IMG/VR virus record: IMGVR_UViG_3300037193_001894
Span: 17,352 to 81,351 of that record
Length of the DNA stretch: 64,000 bases
Source of the DNA: a virus
Reading direction: 5' to 3' (one strand)
Under the pieces are notes generated by a model, which ran no database searches, had not been told where the DNA came from, and saw nothing but the letters and a program-made list of their open reading frames with translations. How positions within the stretch are numbered: the stretch's first letter is position 1; the number at the start of each line of letters is the position of its first letter. The position numbers and the translations under genes are program-made. Below are positions 36,589 through 46,723 of the stretch, one piece after another.

Positions 36589-39500
36589 CAGACCAGCACC
36601 TCCTGGTCACCGGGCCGGAACGGGCCTCCCGGCAGGTCGGGGATCACGGGGTTGACCGGGGCGTTCCCGGCCCCGCGCCCAGGCTGGTAGCCCGACGCCA
36701 GCGGCAGCCCGAACAGGGCGTGGTTCTTGTCGGCCTCGCCGCGTGGCATGTACGCCGGGGCGGCGATGTTGACCATCGTGTCGAACCGGCCACCCTCGCC
36801 GAACGAGAACGAGTGGGTCACCGTGGTGATGTAGGCCTGGAAGTCGAAGGCCGGGGCCTGGAGCAGCAGGCCGGGCCAGGCCTCCGGCATCCAGGTCATC
36901 GGGATGTCGGAGTTGTACTGGTAGGCCCACTGCCGCATGAACATGTAGACGGCCGAGAAGAACTCCGCCTTCGGACCCACCAGCCCGTCCATCATCTGGA
37001 AGTCCGGCCGGGCTCCGAACCGCTTGTAGACCCACTGGGCGAACCCCGGGGCGTCCTTGGGCTTGATCCCGAACAGCCCGGCCATCATGTCGGGGCTGTC
37101 GATGTTGGCCACGCCCAGCGTGGTGGTCGGGAGCAGGGCCTCCTGGACGAAGTTGGTGTAGACCCCGCCGTTGGACAGGTCCAGGCCCGCCGTCTCACCG
37201 GTCTGGGTGAACTGGTGGGTGACGAAGTGGTCGTCGGACCAGATGACGTTGAAGTCCTGGATCTCGATCGGCTCGACCCGCAGTTTCCCGGCCGTGCCCC
37301 ACAGCCCGTAGTAGTCGGGGAACCAGCCGATCAGGTCGCCGTTCGGGGCCGAGCAGAACGAGCGCATCGTCGAGGAGAACAGGTTCTTGATGTAGGGCAG
37401 CAAGGGCTGGTCGTTGAGCATCGTGCGGACCCCGGTGAGCGCGTTGGCGAGCACGCTCTGCGAGGAGGTCGCGTCGAAGATCGGGTACCACGGGGCGTCC
37501 CCGAACAGGGCGTCGATCGGGTCGTTCGGGTTGTACCCCGGCAGTTCGCTGGCGGGAGGCGGGTCCGTCCAGCCGTCGGTGATGCCCCCGGTCGTCCCGG
37601 CCCCTCCGGTCGTCCCGTCGCTGGCCGTGGAGGACCACATCCCGTCGGTGATGAACTTCGCCGGATCCACGTCGTTGCCGTAGCGGTAGGGGGCCGAGCG
37701 GACCTCCAGGTGCAGGTGGTCGCCGAACGACCGGCCGGTGTCGCCGACCTCGCCCAACTTGGTGCCGGTGGTGACCTTCTGCCCCTCGGAGACGCTGACC
37801 TGGCTCAGGTGCCCGTAGATCACCTGGAAGTCGCCGACCTGCTGGGTCACCGAGAGGCCATAGTCCCCGTTGCTCCCGGCCTGGACGATCCGGCCGTTGT
37901 CGATCGCCTCCACCCGGTCCCCGGTCACCGCGAACCCGAAGTCGATGCCGGTGTGGTAGCCCGCCGCCCAGGAGCCCTTCGCCCGGTACGGGGTGGTGAT
38001 CGAGTTGGCCTCCACCGGCCAGTGCCGGGTCCCGCCCACCTGCACCGAGGACGAGTCCCCAGTGGTGATCGGGCCTCCGCCTGAACCGGCGTACGCCAGC
38101 GCCGGGATCAGCCCGCCGAAGTCCCAGTAGGACTGGGAGTTGCTCGTCACCCCTGCCGGGACACCGGAGCGGTGCGCCCCGACGGTCTTCTTGCCGTCGC
38201 CGAGACTCATCTCGACGTGGTAGGTGCCCGAGGGCTGGCCGTTGCGCGAGACGAACAGCAGCGCCCCGGGAGTGCGCAGCGCCTCGGACACGGAGATCCG
38301 CCTGCACCAGCCCGCCTGTGCCGCCGAGGTGCGCGGCGTCCCCGCGAGGTGCCCCAGGGTGTCCAGCACCACCCTCTGCACGAACGAGGAGCAGTCCAGT
38401 CCGGGCGGAGGGTTCTGGGTCAGGATGTCCAGCCGGGTCCCGCCGTACTGCTGGGTGTAGCGGATGTTGGGGTAGCGCTCGACGAGGCTGAGCGCCACCC
38501 CGAGGGCGTTGAGCCCGGTGCGCACCGAGGAGTTGCCCGAGCGGGGCGGACGGCCGGTCGGCCCACCTCGGTCGTCGGCCTCCTGCCTCTTGGTCTTCAA
38601 CATCTTCCGGACCAGGGCGTAGGCCATGTCCTCGTACTGGGCGTACCGGTCGGGGTAGGCCGAGACCTGCACGTCCTGGGCCAGAGCGCCGAGGCTCATC
38701 TTCTGCCAGCCGGAGTGATCGAACAGCCCGGGAGTGCCGCCAGCGGTGCCGCCGTGCAGGAACTTCTTCGTCGAGGAGGCAGGGTTCATCCGCTCGGCGA
38801 TCGTCCCCCAGGAGGCCCGCTGCTGGAACAGGCCCACCGAGTCGTGGTCGCCAGCGGCCGACCCGTCGTTGGGGAAGTTCTTCGACTCGGGGTACTTGTC
38901 CGAGGCGAGGTTGCGCAGCCCGGTCTCCACCATCGACACCGCGAGCGCGGTGGCCAGCACCTTGGCCTCGTAGCCCCTCGCGGCCTTGTTCGCCGCGATC
39001 AGGTCGTAGGCGGTGCTGACGATCAACTCGGCGTTCTTGCGCTGCACCCGGTCCAGGGTGTGACCGGCGAAGGTGGTCTGCGACCCCAGGGTGCCCAGGA
39101 AGCCTCCGGGCACGTCGGGGTAGTTGGCGAGGTCGGCCTCGCTGCCACCGACGCCCGCCGAGTCAGCGACGCCGCCGAAGGTCGCCCCAGTCCCGAGGGA
39201 GGCCTTGTACTCGGCGGCGAGCCGGTCCGACTCCTCGGTCCACACGTCGGCCTGCTGAGCCATCTTGACGACGATCTCGTACCAGTCCTGAGGGATCTTC
39301 CCGATGTGCACCTTCGAGCGCGGCCAGCCGACGACCTTCTCCAGGACGGTCTGGATGACGTTGAGGATCGAGCCGTCCACGTCCTTGCGGGCCTGGGTCA
39401 GCGCGGTCATCACCATGGTCTGGCTCTGTGCCGTGAAGGAGTCCCAGTACCAGTACTGGAGCCGCTTGAGCGAGCACGAGGCGGAGATCGGCACCTCGCG

Positions 39501-39773
39501 AGGCCAGGCGGTCTTGAGCGGCACCGAGTTGAGCAGGCCGGTGAAGGTGCGCACCCAGGCGACCCGGCGCATGAACACCACGATCCGGTCGTTGGGCATG
39601 AACACCCCGTCGTACTTGCGCCGGGCGTTCATCAGCGTGAAGTCGAAGGTGCTCACCCCGTCCGAGCGGCGCACCATCGTGCCCCCGGTCAGGTCGCCGG
39701 ACACGTCGATGACGCCGTGCTTCTCGCTCTCGATGTAGCACCGGATCCCGGGGCTGTAGATCAACGTGGGCAT
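36588..39773 (-). CDS. Baseplate hub / tail-associated lysin with lysozyme-like, NlpC/P60 and M23 domains
   Basis: VETGLRNL..DHDSVGLFQQR..WG; GLDCSSFV..PRTS..HVEM; HTGIDF..YGHLS..HLHLEVR. Confidence 0.88.
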   Translation of the reverse strand: MPTLIYSPGIRCYIESEKHGVIDVSGDLTGGTMVRRSDGVSTFDFTLMNARRKYDGVFMPNDRIVVFMRRVAWVRTFTGLLNSVPLKTAWPREVPISASCSLKRLQYWYWDSFTAQSQTMVMTALTQARKDVDGSILNVIQTVLEKVVGWPRSKVHIGKIPQDWYEIVVKMAQQADVWTEESDRLAAEYKASLGTGATFGGVADSAGVGGSEADLANYPDVPGGFLGTLGSQTTFAGHTLDRVQRKNAELIVSTAYDLIAANKAARGYEAKVLATALAVSMVETGLRNLASDKYPESKNFPNDGSAAGDHDSVGLFQQRASWGTIAERMNPASSTKKFLHGGTAGGTPGLFDHSGWQKMSLGALAQDVQVSAYPDRYAQYEDMAYALVRKMLKTKRQEADDRGGPTGRPPRSGNSSVRTGLNALGVALSLVERYPNIRYTQQYGGTRLDILTQNPPPGLDCSSFVQRVVLDTLGHLAGTPRTSAAQAGWCRRISVSEALRTPGALLFVSRNGQPSGTYHVEMSLGDGKKTVGAHRSGVPAGVTSNSQSYWDFGGLIPALAYAGSGGGPITTGDSSSVQVGGTRHWPVEANSITTPYRAKGSWAAGYHTGIDFGFAVTGDRVEAIDNGRIVQAGSNGDYGLSVTQQVGDFQVIYGHLSQVSVSEGQKVTTGTKLGEVGDTGRSFGDHLHLEVRSAPYRYGNDVDPAKFITDGMWSSTASDGTTGGAGTTGGITDGWTDPPPASELPGYNPNDPIDALFGDAPWYPIFDATSSQSVLANALTGVRTMLNDQPLLPYIKNLFSSTMRSFCSAPNGDLIGWFPDYYGLWGTAGKLRVEPIEIQDFNVIWSDDHFVTHQFTQTGETAGLDLSNGGVYTNFVQEALLPTTTLGVANIDSPDMMAGLFGIKPKDAPGFAQWVYKRFGARPDFQMMDGLVGPKAEFFSAVYMFMRQWAYQYNSDIPMTWMPEAWPGLLLQAPAFDFQAYITTVTHSFSFGEGGRFDTMVNIAAPAYMPRGEADKNHALFGLPLASGYQPGRGAGNAPVNPVIPDLPGGPFRPGDQEVLV

Positions 39774-40399
39774 CAGACTCCGGGCTCCCCGATCTCGTTG
39801 CCGACCCGGACGCCCTGCGAGGCGACGGCTGCCGGGGCCGACCCGTTCAGCGCGGCCTGGATCGCCGGGGCCTGGTTGCCGTTCAACTGCACGCCGGTCG
39901 GATAGAAGTACTGGGTCTCCTCCGAGCGCACAGCGGCGAGGTCACCCTGGACGATCGAGATGTCGAAGTCCTCGTTCCAGTCGATGTGCTCCCGGGAGCA
40001 CTCGAAGGTGATGGCGGGCGAGTAGACCATCTCCCCGAGCACCTTGCCGAACTCGGCCCCGCTCGTCGGCACCCCGGCCCTGCGGAAGTTGCGGGAGGGC
40101 ACCTCCACCAGCATCTGCGGCGTGGTCTTCTGCTTGAGGTCGAGGTCGAGGGCGTGCTCGGAGAAGCCCATCAGGTAGCGGCTGAGCGAGCGCCGCTCGG
40201 CCTGGCCGATCAGGTCCACCACCACGGCGAACTGGGTCGGGGCGGTGCGGTGCGGGTAGAACGCCCGGGAGGCCCGGGCCTGGGACTCCTCGGCCACCAT
40301 CTCGAACCCGAAGGTCACCTGCTTGGCCCGCACCCGGTACACCCGGCGCTGGCCGTCCTTGGTGTAGGACAGCGTGCAGTTGAGCCCGCTCCTGGCCAC
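39773..40399 (-). CDS. Tail/baseplate structural protein
   Basis: Position between tape measure and hub; GC3. Confidence 0.7.
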   Translation of the reverse strand: MARSGLNCTLSYTKDGQRRVYRVRAKQVTFGFEMVAEESQARASRAFYPHRTAPTQFAVVVDLIGQAERRSLSRYLMGFSEHALDLDLKQKTTPQMLVEVPSRNFRRAGVPTSGAEFGKVLGEMVYSPAITFECSREHIDWNEDFDISIVQGDLAAVRSEETQYFYPTGVQLNGNQAPAIQAALNGSAPAAVASQGVRVGNEIGEPGV

Positions 40400-40645
40400 C
40401 TAGAACACCTCCTCCTGGGCGAAGGGCCGGTCGAGGTCTGCATCCTCGAACACGCTCTCCTCGACACCCTGCTCGGGGGCGAAGTCGGGCACGCTGAGCC
40501 GGGCGTAGGTCGCCTCGTCGATGTCGTGGGCCATCCCGCCCTCGGTGAAGGCGAAGCCGGACATCACCACGCCGACGCGGTTCGTCGGCGGCAGCGGCAT
40601 GGAGACCCGCACGTCGGATCCCCACTGAGCATCGTCGCGCTCCAT
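40400..40645 (-). CDS. Small hypothetical protein
   Basis: TGATG coupling at 40645; GGAGG RBS. Confidence 0.65.
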   Translation of the reverse strand: MERDDAQWGSDVRVSMPLPPTNRVGVVMSGFAFTEGGMAHDIDEATYARLSVPDFAPEQGVEESVFEDADLDRPFAQEEVF

Positions 40646-41328
40646 CAGACCCCCGCCTCCGCTCCGCGCAGTGCCGCCGCGCCCTTGGGCGACGACCCGT
40701 CCACGGAGTCCTTGACGCTGCCGTAGTAGTCGCCGAAGTTGCCGTTGTACTCCGAGGGCTTCCAGCCCACGCCCTGGGAGATGCGGCTGATGTAGCCGTT
40801 GATCGCCTTGGCCCTGGCCTTGTCGAGCATCCCGTTGGAGGACCCGGCCCGGACCAGGGCGTCGGAGGCCTCCTGCACCACCTGGAGGGTCAGCACGTAG
40901 CCGTGGGAGAACTTGCCGGTGCTCAGCGAGATCACGCCGCCGTCGGGGTCGGCGATGTCCTTGATGTAGACCCGGAACCGCCAGTTCTCCGGAGGGTAGG
41001 CGAACACCGCTGGCCGGTGCATCTTGGCGTGCTGCTGGGCGTCGCGGGCCTGCCACTCCATCATCTGCCGGATCCGCAGCGTGAACCTCTTGGCCAGCCG
41101 CCAGGAGCGCCCCTCGTGCTCAGCGGTGCCGTCGGCCCTGCTGCGGTCCTCGCCGAACAGGCCCTGGATGGTGATGTCGGAGAGCGTGGCCCCGTTGACC
41201 TGCACCACGCGCCCGCCGACGGTGTTGGTCACCGAGGTGTTGACCTTGAAGTTCCAGTCAATGGACTGCGGGTCGATCCGGAACCGGATCCCCATCCCGT
41301 CGGGGAAGCCCAGCGTCGCGAAGCCCAT
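40645..41328 (-). CDS. Tail tube initiator-like structural protein
   Basis: FRIDPQSI...TVGGRVVQ motif directly after tape measure. Confidence 0.65.
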   Translation of the reverse strand: MGFATLGFPDGMGIRFRIDPQSIDWNFKVNTSVTNTVGGRVVQVNGATLSDITIQGLFGEDRSRADGTAEHEGRSWRLAKRFTLRIRQMMEWQARDAQQHAKMHRPAVFAYPPENWRFRVYIKDIADPDGGVISLSTGKFSHGYVLTLQVVQEASDALVRAGSSNGMLDKARAKAINGYISRISQGVGWKPSEYNGNFGDYYGSVKDSVDGSSPKGAAALRGAEAGV

Positions 41329-43547
41329 CAGCCACCACCCATCGCCCCGGAGCCCCGGTGGGTGGGCTTGCGCGGCTCGCCGTCGGCGTCCTCGGCGTAG
41401 CCGGAGACGCGGAGCAGCCTGCTGGCCTCGGGGGACAGGTCGATCTGGACCCGGGTCCCCTTCCAGCCCTTGCTGTTGCCGCCCGGCTTGTCGCCGGGGT
41501 GCTCCTTGAAGTACTCCTCCGCGCTCTGCCCGACGGACGCACCCTTGCCCTTCTGCTTGGCCTCCTTCGCGGCCTTCTTCCGGGCGGTGCCGTCCACCTC
41601 CCCTCCGGTGAACGCGCCGATGTCCTCGCCGCCGTACTCCCCGCCGACGAACTTGGCCTGGCCGCTCTGCAACTGCCCGGAGTAGTACTTGATGGCCTCC
41701 TCCAGCGAGACCACCTTCGAGCCCTTGGGGCCACGGACCTGGACCTTCTGGTCCTTCTGGGAGTCCTCGCTGAGGCCCTGGAGCATCGCCTCCATCGCGC
41801 CCGAGCGGCTCTTGGTCTTCTCGGCCTGGCCGATGTACGCCTCGGTGGCACCGGCCGCAGACGACCCGAACAGGCCGTTGCCGTGCTCGCGGAGTTCACC
41901 CTGCCAGTCCTTGGCGTTGATCAGGCCCTGCTTGCCCTTCTTGGCCGCGACGCCCTTCGAGCCCCGGGCGGTGGACTTGCCGCTGAGGTCGGTCTTGCCG
42001 ACGTTGGCCTGCTTCTGGGCGGAGACGGCACCAGCGGTCTGGCCGTTCAACTCCCGGATCAGGTGCATGGTCGCGTCCTGGTGGGACCGGAACTGCATCC
42101 CGTAGAACTGCGAGGCCATCTGCTGGAAGGCCACCGGGTCGAGGTCTCCGGCCCGGTTCCAGAACTCGGTGGCGATCGCCTCGGACTCGGCCGACGGGTC
42201 GGCCTGGAGCGCCTCGGAGCGGCTCTTGATCTCGTTGTTGAGCCAGCGCCACAGGCCGGGGTCGTAGCCCTCGATGTAGGACTGCAAGGTCTGCGCGCCC
42301 ATCTGGGATGCCGCGTTGTTCACCCGGGTGGGGTTGGTGCGCTCCATCGTGTTGAGTTGGTTCAGCGAGACGCCCATGCTGCCCGCGAGCATGTAGCGGT
42401 AGGAGTTGTTGCTCATCTGGCCCGACGGGTCGAGGTGCTGGAAGCCCCGACCACCCATGGTCATCGCCTGGGCGCGGTTCTCGGCCACGGTGGTCGAGGA
42501 CGCCCCGAAGCCCGACTGGATCGCGGTGTTCACCAGTTCGGTCAACTGCGCCCGAGCCTGCTGGGCGTTCACCCCGGCGTCGCCAGCGGACAGGGAGAGG
42601 TCGTCGAGCGCGTCCTTGAGTTGCATCAGGTCGGTGTTGGCGCTGCGCGAGGCGACCGAGAGCACCTGGAGCGACTCGGGCACCGAGGCCCCGAACGCCT
42701 CCTTGGACTGGTACATGAAGTCCATGGCGTCCTCGCGGTTCTGCGCCATGTCGTCGGAGCCGTTGTTGTAGCCCAGCGCGGTCGCGCCCTTGAACGCCTG
42801 CCGGGCCTCCTGCTCGTTGAACAGCCGCCCGTACTCGACGCGCTGCCACTCCTCGCCCATCCGCTCGCCGATGGCCTCGATGTGGCCACCCGAGCCGCCG
42901 ACGCTGCGGTAGAAGTTGTTCTTGTTGATCTGCGACTGGTACTCGCTGATCAGGTTGGCCCCGAGTTGCAAGGCCGGGACCGCGCTGACCGCGCCGCCCC
43001 AGATCTTGTTGCTCAGCCCCGGCCCGTAGCCGCCCTGGGGCACGTACGGGGTCCTGGGGGTGCCACCGGGCTGCGGAGCACCTGCCGGAGCGCCAGCGCC
43101 CCCGCCAGAGCCTCCAGAGCCGCCTCCGGCCGATCCTCCGGTGGGTCCCGACGGGGCTCCCGAGCCCCCGCCCTGGCCCGGGATGATCTGCTGCGCGGGA
43201 GAGGAGCCGGTCTGCACCGGCTGTCCGGCTCGGGCCTGGGGGTCGAGGCCACTGCTCGCGTCCCAGCCCCGGAGGCCGAGCACCTGCCGACCGGCGCTCC
43301 TGACGCTGGAGGTCATCCCCGCGAGGTTGTCCCAGGACTGCTGGGGGCCGACCGAGGCCTTGAGGCTGCCCAGCGCGGCCGAGCGCGACCGGACGGACTG
43401 CGGGGCGGTGTCGCCGAGCAGCGACTGCATCGCCGCAGTCTGCTGGCGCTGCGACTCCACGATCTGATCCACGGAGTTCTGGAACGCCTGCACCACAGGG
43501 CCGAGGGCGTCCACCCCGCTCTCGGGCCGATCGAGTCCGACAGCCAT
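41328..43547 (-). CDS. Tape measure protein
   Basis: A/G/Q/S-rich helical protein immediately after the frameshifting chaperone pair. Confidence 0.8.
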   Translation of the reverse strand: MAVGLDRPESGVDALGPVVQAFQNSVDQIVESQRQQTAAMQSLLGDTAPQSVRSRSAALGSLKASVGPQQSWDNLAGMTSSVRSAGRQVLGLRGWDASSGLDPQARAGQPVQTGSSPAQQIIPGQGGGSGAPSGPTGGSAGGGSGGSGGGAGAPAGAPQPGGTPRTPYVPQGGYGPGLSNKIWGGAVSAVPALQLGANLISEYQSQINKNNFYRSVGGSGGHIEAIGERMGEEWQRVEYGRLFNEQEARQAFKGATALGYNNGSDDMAQNREDAMDFMYQSKEAFGASVPESLQVLSVASRSANTDLMQLKDALDDLSLSAGDAGVNAQQARAQLTELVNTAIQSGFGASSTTVAENRAQAMTMGGRGFQHLDPSGQMSNNSYRYMLAGSMGVSLNQLNTMERTNPTRVNNAASQMGAQTLQSYIEGYDPGLWRWLNNEIKSRSEALQADPSAESEAIATEFWNRAGDLDPVAFQQMASQFYGMQFRSHQDATMHLIRELNGQTAGAVSAQKQANVGKTDLSGKSTARGSKGVAAKKGKQGLINAKDWQGELREHGNGLFGSSAAGATEAYIGQAEKTKSRSGAMEAMLQGLSEDSQKDQKVQVRGPKGSKVVSLEEAIKYYSGQLQSGQAKFVGGEYGGEDIGAFTGGEVDGTARKKAAKEAKQKGKGASVGQSAEEYFKEHPGDKPGGNSKGWKGTRVQIDLSPEASRLLRVSGYAEDADGEPRKPTHRGSGAMGGG

Positions 43548-43978
43548 CAGACCCACTCCCCTGGCACGGGGCGCTCGCCGTCAGCGCCGGAGACGCTGAT
43601 CTCGTCCTGGCCCATCATCTGCGCGAGCAGGGCCAACTCGTCATCGGCGATGTCGGAGGGGGACTGCCAGCGCACGCCGGAGTAGTCGTACTCCACACCG
43701 TCCTGGGCCAGGGAGTCCTCGGCTTCGAGGTCGGCAGCCTCGCCGGGGAAGTACTCGGGGAAGACCTCGGCCGGGCTGGCACCTGCTGCGATCTGGGCCA
43801 GCCGGAAGTCGCTGACGAAGCGCTCGCCCTTGTCGAGGGTGTCCTGACGCTGGAGGAGTTCCAGCCCGATCTCCTGCACCACCGACAGCCTCCTTCCTCG
43901 CATCAGCCCCCTCCGCTCGACGAGACGGAGTTGGTGCTCTAGCCAGTCGTCGATTCGGCTGGGGCTGACGCTTTTCCC
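43547..43978 (-). CDS. Tail assembly chaperone, frameshifted (GT) extension
   Basis: -1 frame open from slippery GGGAAAA (43978-43972): KSVSPSRIDDWLEHQLRLVERRGLMRG... Confidence 0.8.
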   Translation of the reverse strand, partial: GKSVSPSRIDDWLEHQLRLVERRGLMRGRRLSVVQEIGLELLQRQDTLDKGERFVSDFRLAQIAAGASPAEVFPEYFPGEAADLEAEDSLAQDGVEYDYSGVRWQSPSDIADDELALLAQMMGQDEISVSGADGERPVPGEWV

Positions 43979-44598
43979 ATGGCCTCCACGACACTGGTGG
44001 TCTTCATCTCCAGTTCGAGGTACTTGAGGTAGACGGCCTCGATGGTGAACTGGAACCAGCGGGCCTTGACGTAGTTGAAGCGCTGGTACGCCCAGGCGAA
44101 GTCGTTGGAGTCCGCAGCCACCGGGACCGGCAGGTCCGAGCCGTCCACCTTCTGCGTGGCCAGGGCGACCATCGCGGTGCGGTAGGCGAGCCCGGCTCCC
44201 ATCGTCTGGTCGTACTCCTTGGTCAGCAGGGTGACCGCGAGCAGTTCATCGACGGTGAGGGTCCGGATCACGAACTTGTGGCCGAGCCACTCGAACTCCC
44301 GAGACAGCGACCCGATGAAGGCCAGGCCGTGGAAGTCGTCGCGGTAGCGCGGGTCGAACTCCGGAAGCCGGTTGCCCTCCTCGTCCAGCAGCGGCCCAAC
44401 CTCCTCCTCCGGCACGGGGTCGAAGATGCTGGGTCGGGCCTGTGCGAGGTCGAAGGGGGCGAAGCCCTCCTCGTCGGTCTGCGGCTCAGGCGACTCCTTG
44501 GCCTGCGGGTCGGAGGGGAAGTCCAGGCCGAGGTCGAGGGTCTCCTCGTGGAACTCGTCCTGCAACTCCTGCGACCCGTCGCCCGGGGGCAACGGCAT
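43939..44598 (-). CDS. Tail assembly chaperone (G)
   Basis: ATG 44598 with AGGAG RBS; ends EAMGK at slippery site; lies between tube and tape measure. Confidence 0.85.
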   Translation of the reverse strand: MPLPPGDGSQELQDEFHEETLDLGLDFPSDPQAKESPEPQTDEEGFAPFDLAQARPSIFDPVPEEEVGPLLDEEGNRLPEFDPRYRDDFHGLAFIGSLSREFEWLGHKFVIRTLTVDELLAVTLLTKEYDQTMGAGLAYRTAMVALATQKVDGSDLPVPVAADSNDFAWAYQRFNYVKARWFQFTIEAVYLKYLELEMKTTSVVEAMGKASAPAESTTG

Positions 44599-44618
44599 GT
44601 TGGCTCTCCTTCTCGGGA

Positions 44619-45131
44619 TCAGCGGCGGCGGTTGAGCGGGGAGGTGTGGGTGTAGGCCACGGTGATCCCCTTGGTGACCGCGAGCGCCCCGACGGTAACG
44701 GTGTCCCCGTCGTTGATGTCCACGATCACGCAGTTGTGGTAGACCTTGCCCCGCCAGCGGCCTGGCTGCCGCTCGGTGCCCGGGGGCTTGATGATCTGCT
44801 GGCAGGTGACGTACTGCGGGTCGGCCGCGAGACGCCGGAAGATCTCGACGATGTTGTAGGTGCCCGCCAGCCCGGCCAACTGCTCCCAGACGGCGGTGTT
44901 CCACAACTCGCGGACGGTCAGCATCAGCGTGCCGCCCTGGAGCACGCGGCTGGTCGCGATCTCGACCGGGTGCTCGTAGCCGATGGGGTGGATGAACTGG
45001 TACGGCTGACCCAGGTCGGAGAACGCCCGCTGCCCGGAGTCCTCGATGCCCTCGCAGAACGCGATGGGCTTCCCTCGGTACTGGAACGTGGTGTAGCCGG
45101 AACCGACTACACGGACCTTGGTGTTGGGCAT
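44619..45131 (-). CDS. Tail tube protein
   Basis: 170 aa after sheath; HPIG..HPVEIAT, GTLMLT. Confidence 0.8.
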   Translation of the reverse strand: MPNTKVRVVGSGYTTFQYRGKPIAFCEGIEDSGQRAFSDLGQPYQFIHPIGYEHPVEIATSRVLQGGTLMLTVRELWNTAVWEQLAGLAGTYNIVEIFRRLAADPQYVTCQQIIKPPGTERQPGRWRGKVYHNCVIVDINDGDTVTVGALAVTKGITVAYTHTSPLNRRR

Positions 45132-45152
45132 CTCTCGGCCGATCCTTCCGGG

Positions 45153-46646
45153 TTAGGCTGCTGCGTCCTGCTCCTCGATGAGGATCTCGCTCGTGCTGAG
45201 GTCCATCGAGAAGGAGACGGTGATGTAGTTGAGGGGCAGGAACGGGCGGTAGGTGAACTGGGCCTCGATCGCCGTCGGGTCCCCGCTGGGCAGGGACTGC
45301 TGGCGGACCTGGAGGTCGAGCCACTCGCGCAGCACCAGGTCGGTCTCGGCCGCGTCGAGGATCCCGGTCAGGATGCCCTTGACCCGGATGGTCATCTCGT
45401 CGTCGATCGGGTCACCGATCAGGTCGGCCGCGATGATGCCCTCGGAGACCAACTGGTAGAGCGTGTCCTGCGAGCGGGTGACGCTGATCTCGCGGGTGAG
45501 CAGGCTCGTCGGGTCGGTGGAGATCCCGTGCCGGACGACCAGCCGGTTGGACCGGCCTACCTCGGTGACCGCCACCCCGGCCGCAGACAGGGTGTTCTTG
45601 AAGGTCCGCGTCATCTCGCTCTTGACCGTGGTCGGGATGCCGCTGAACCCGTAGATCTGCTGCTGGGTCAGGCCCCGGTTGAGGTCCGAGGCCGCGAGCC
45701 GCCCGGCGTACGCCGCCGCCAGGTACTGGCCACCGACCTCGGTGGTCTGGCCGAGGTTGTTGTTGTAGAGGTGCATCCGGTTCGGGAACGCCAGCATCAC
45801 CCGCTTGGAGCCCACCGCAGCGGCCACCTCGTCGAAGGACGTGCCCGAGTCGTCGTAGAGCGTGTCCGCCCCCACGAAGGCGATCCGGCCGAAGCCGGAG
45901 GCTGCCTGGGTCTCGCAGTGGGTGCGGGCGTCGGAGACCAGCCCGGCGAAGCCCGAGGTGTAGGCCGTCCCGTCGGTGTCGGGGGCCGCGAAGACCGGCA
46001 CCAGCAGCGTCGTGGAGTAGGACTCCTGCAACTTGGTGTAGGCCTGCTGGAACCGGGTGCGCAGGTTGATCTCGGTCGTGGTCGGCTCCACGGCCAGGCA
46101 GACCACGGTGCCCGCGCCGTTCTCGAACGCGATCCTGGCAGCCAGGGACACCGGGCTGGCGACCTGGGATCCGTCCGGGTCGCTGGGCAGCGAGGAGAGC
46201 ATCGCCGGGCCGTAGATCTGCTCGACCGAGTAGTACTCGTCGAAGCGCTGCGGGGAGTAGTAGGTCTCGTCGGCGTAGGAGTAGGAGACGGTGACGACCT
46301 CCCCCTCGGTGACGGCCGTCGATGCCCCGACTCGGGCGATCGTGGTGGACTCGCTGGCGGTGGCTCCGCGCACCAGCGCGTAGTCGGTGTTCTCCACCAG
46401 GACCGTGCCGTCGGCCTTGGTCACCACGAGGTCCGGGCTGGTGTCGCTGTCGGGCAGCACGCCCTTGTTCAGCAGCGGCTTGGCCGTCGTCGTCAGCGTG
46501 ACCGACTCGGTGGAGACCTGGTACCCCCGAGCCTGGCCAACAACGGTGACGGTCGTGGTCGGCACGCCGACGGGGGTGACGATGCCCTCGGCGTTCCCCC
46601 GGACATAGACCCCGGGCGGGTTGTACTGAGTGAAGTCAACAGTCAC
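45153..46646 (-). CDS. Tail sheath protein
   Basis: YNPPGVYV N-terminus, YLAAAYAG, VVRHGIST, REISV, PLNYITV C-terminus. Confidence 0.92.
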   Translation of the reverse strand: MTVDFTQYNPPGVYVRGNAEGIVTPVGVPTTTVTVVGQARGYQVSTESVTLTTTAKPLLNKGVLPDSDTSPDLVVTKADGTVLVENTDYALVRGATASESTTIARVGASTAVTEGEVVTVSYSYADETYYSPQRFDEYYSVEQIYGPAMLSSLPSDPDGSQVASPVSLAARIAFENGAGTVVCLAVEPTTTEINLRTRFQQAYTKLQESYSTTLLVPVFAAPDTDGTAYTSGFAGLVSDARTHCETQAASGFGRIAFVGADTLYDDSGTSFDEVAAAVGSKRVMLAFPNRMHLYNNNLGQTTEVGGQYLAAAYAGRLAASDLNRGLTQQQIYGFSGIPTTVKSEMTRTFKNTLSAAGVAVTEVGRSNRLVVRHGISTDPTSLLTREISVTRSQDTLYQLVSEGIIAADLIGDPIDDEMTIRVKGILTGILDAAETDLVLREWLDLQVRQQSLPSGDPTAIEAQFTYRPFLPLNYITVSFSMDLSTSEILIEEQDAAA

Positions 46647-46723
46647 TGGAGTCCTCCGAACGTGCTGGTCCTACGACCTGTCACTCCTTCGGAGGCGTCG
46701 TCAGAGGTTCGACAGCAGCACGC

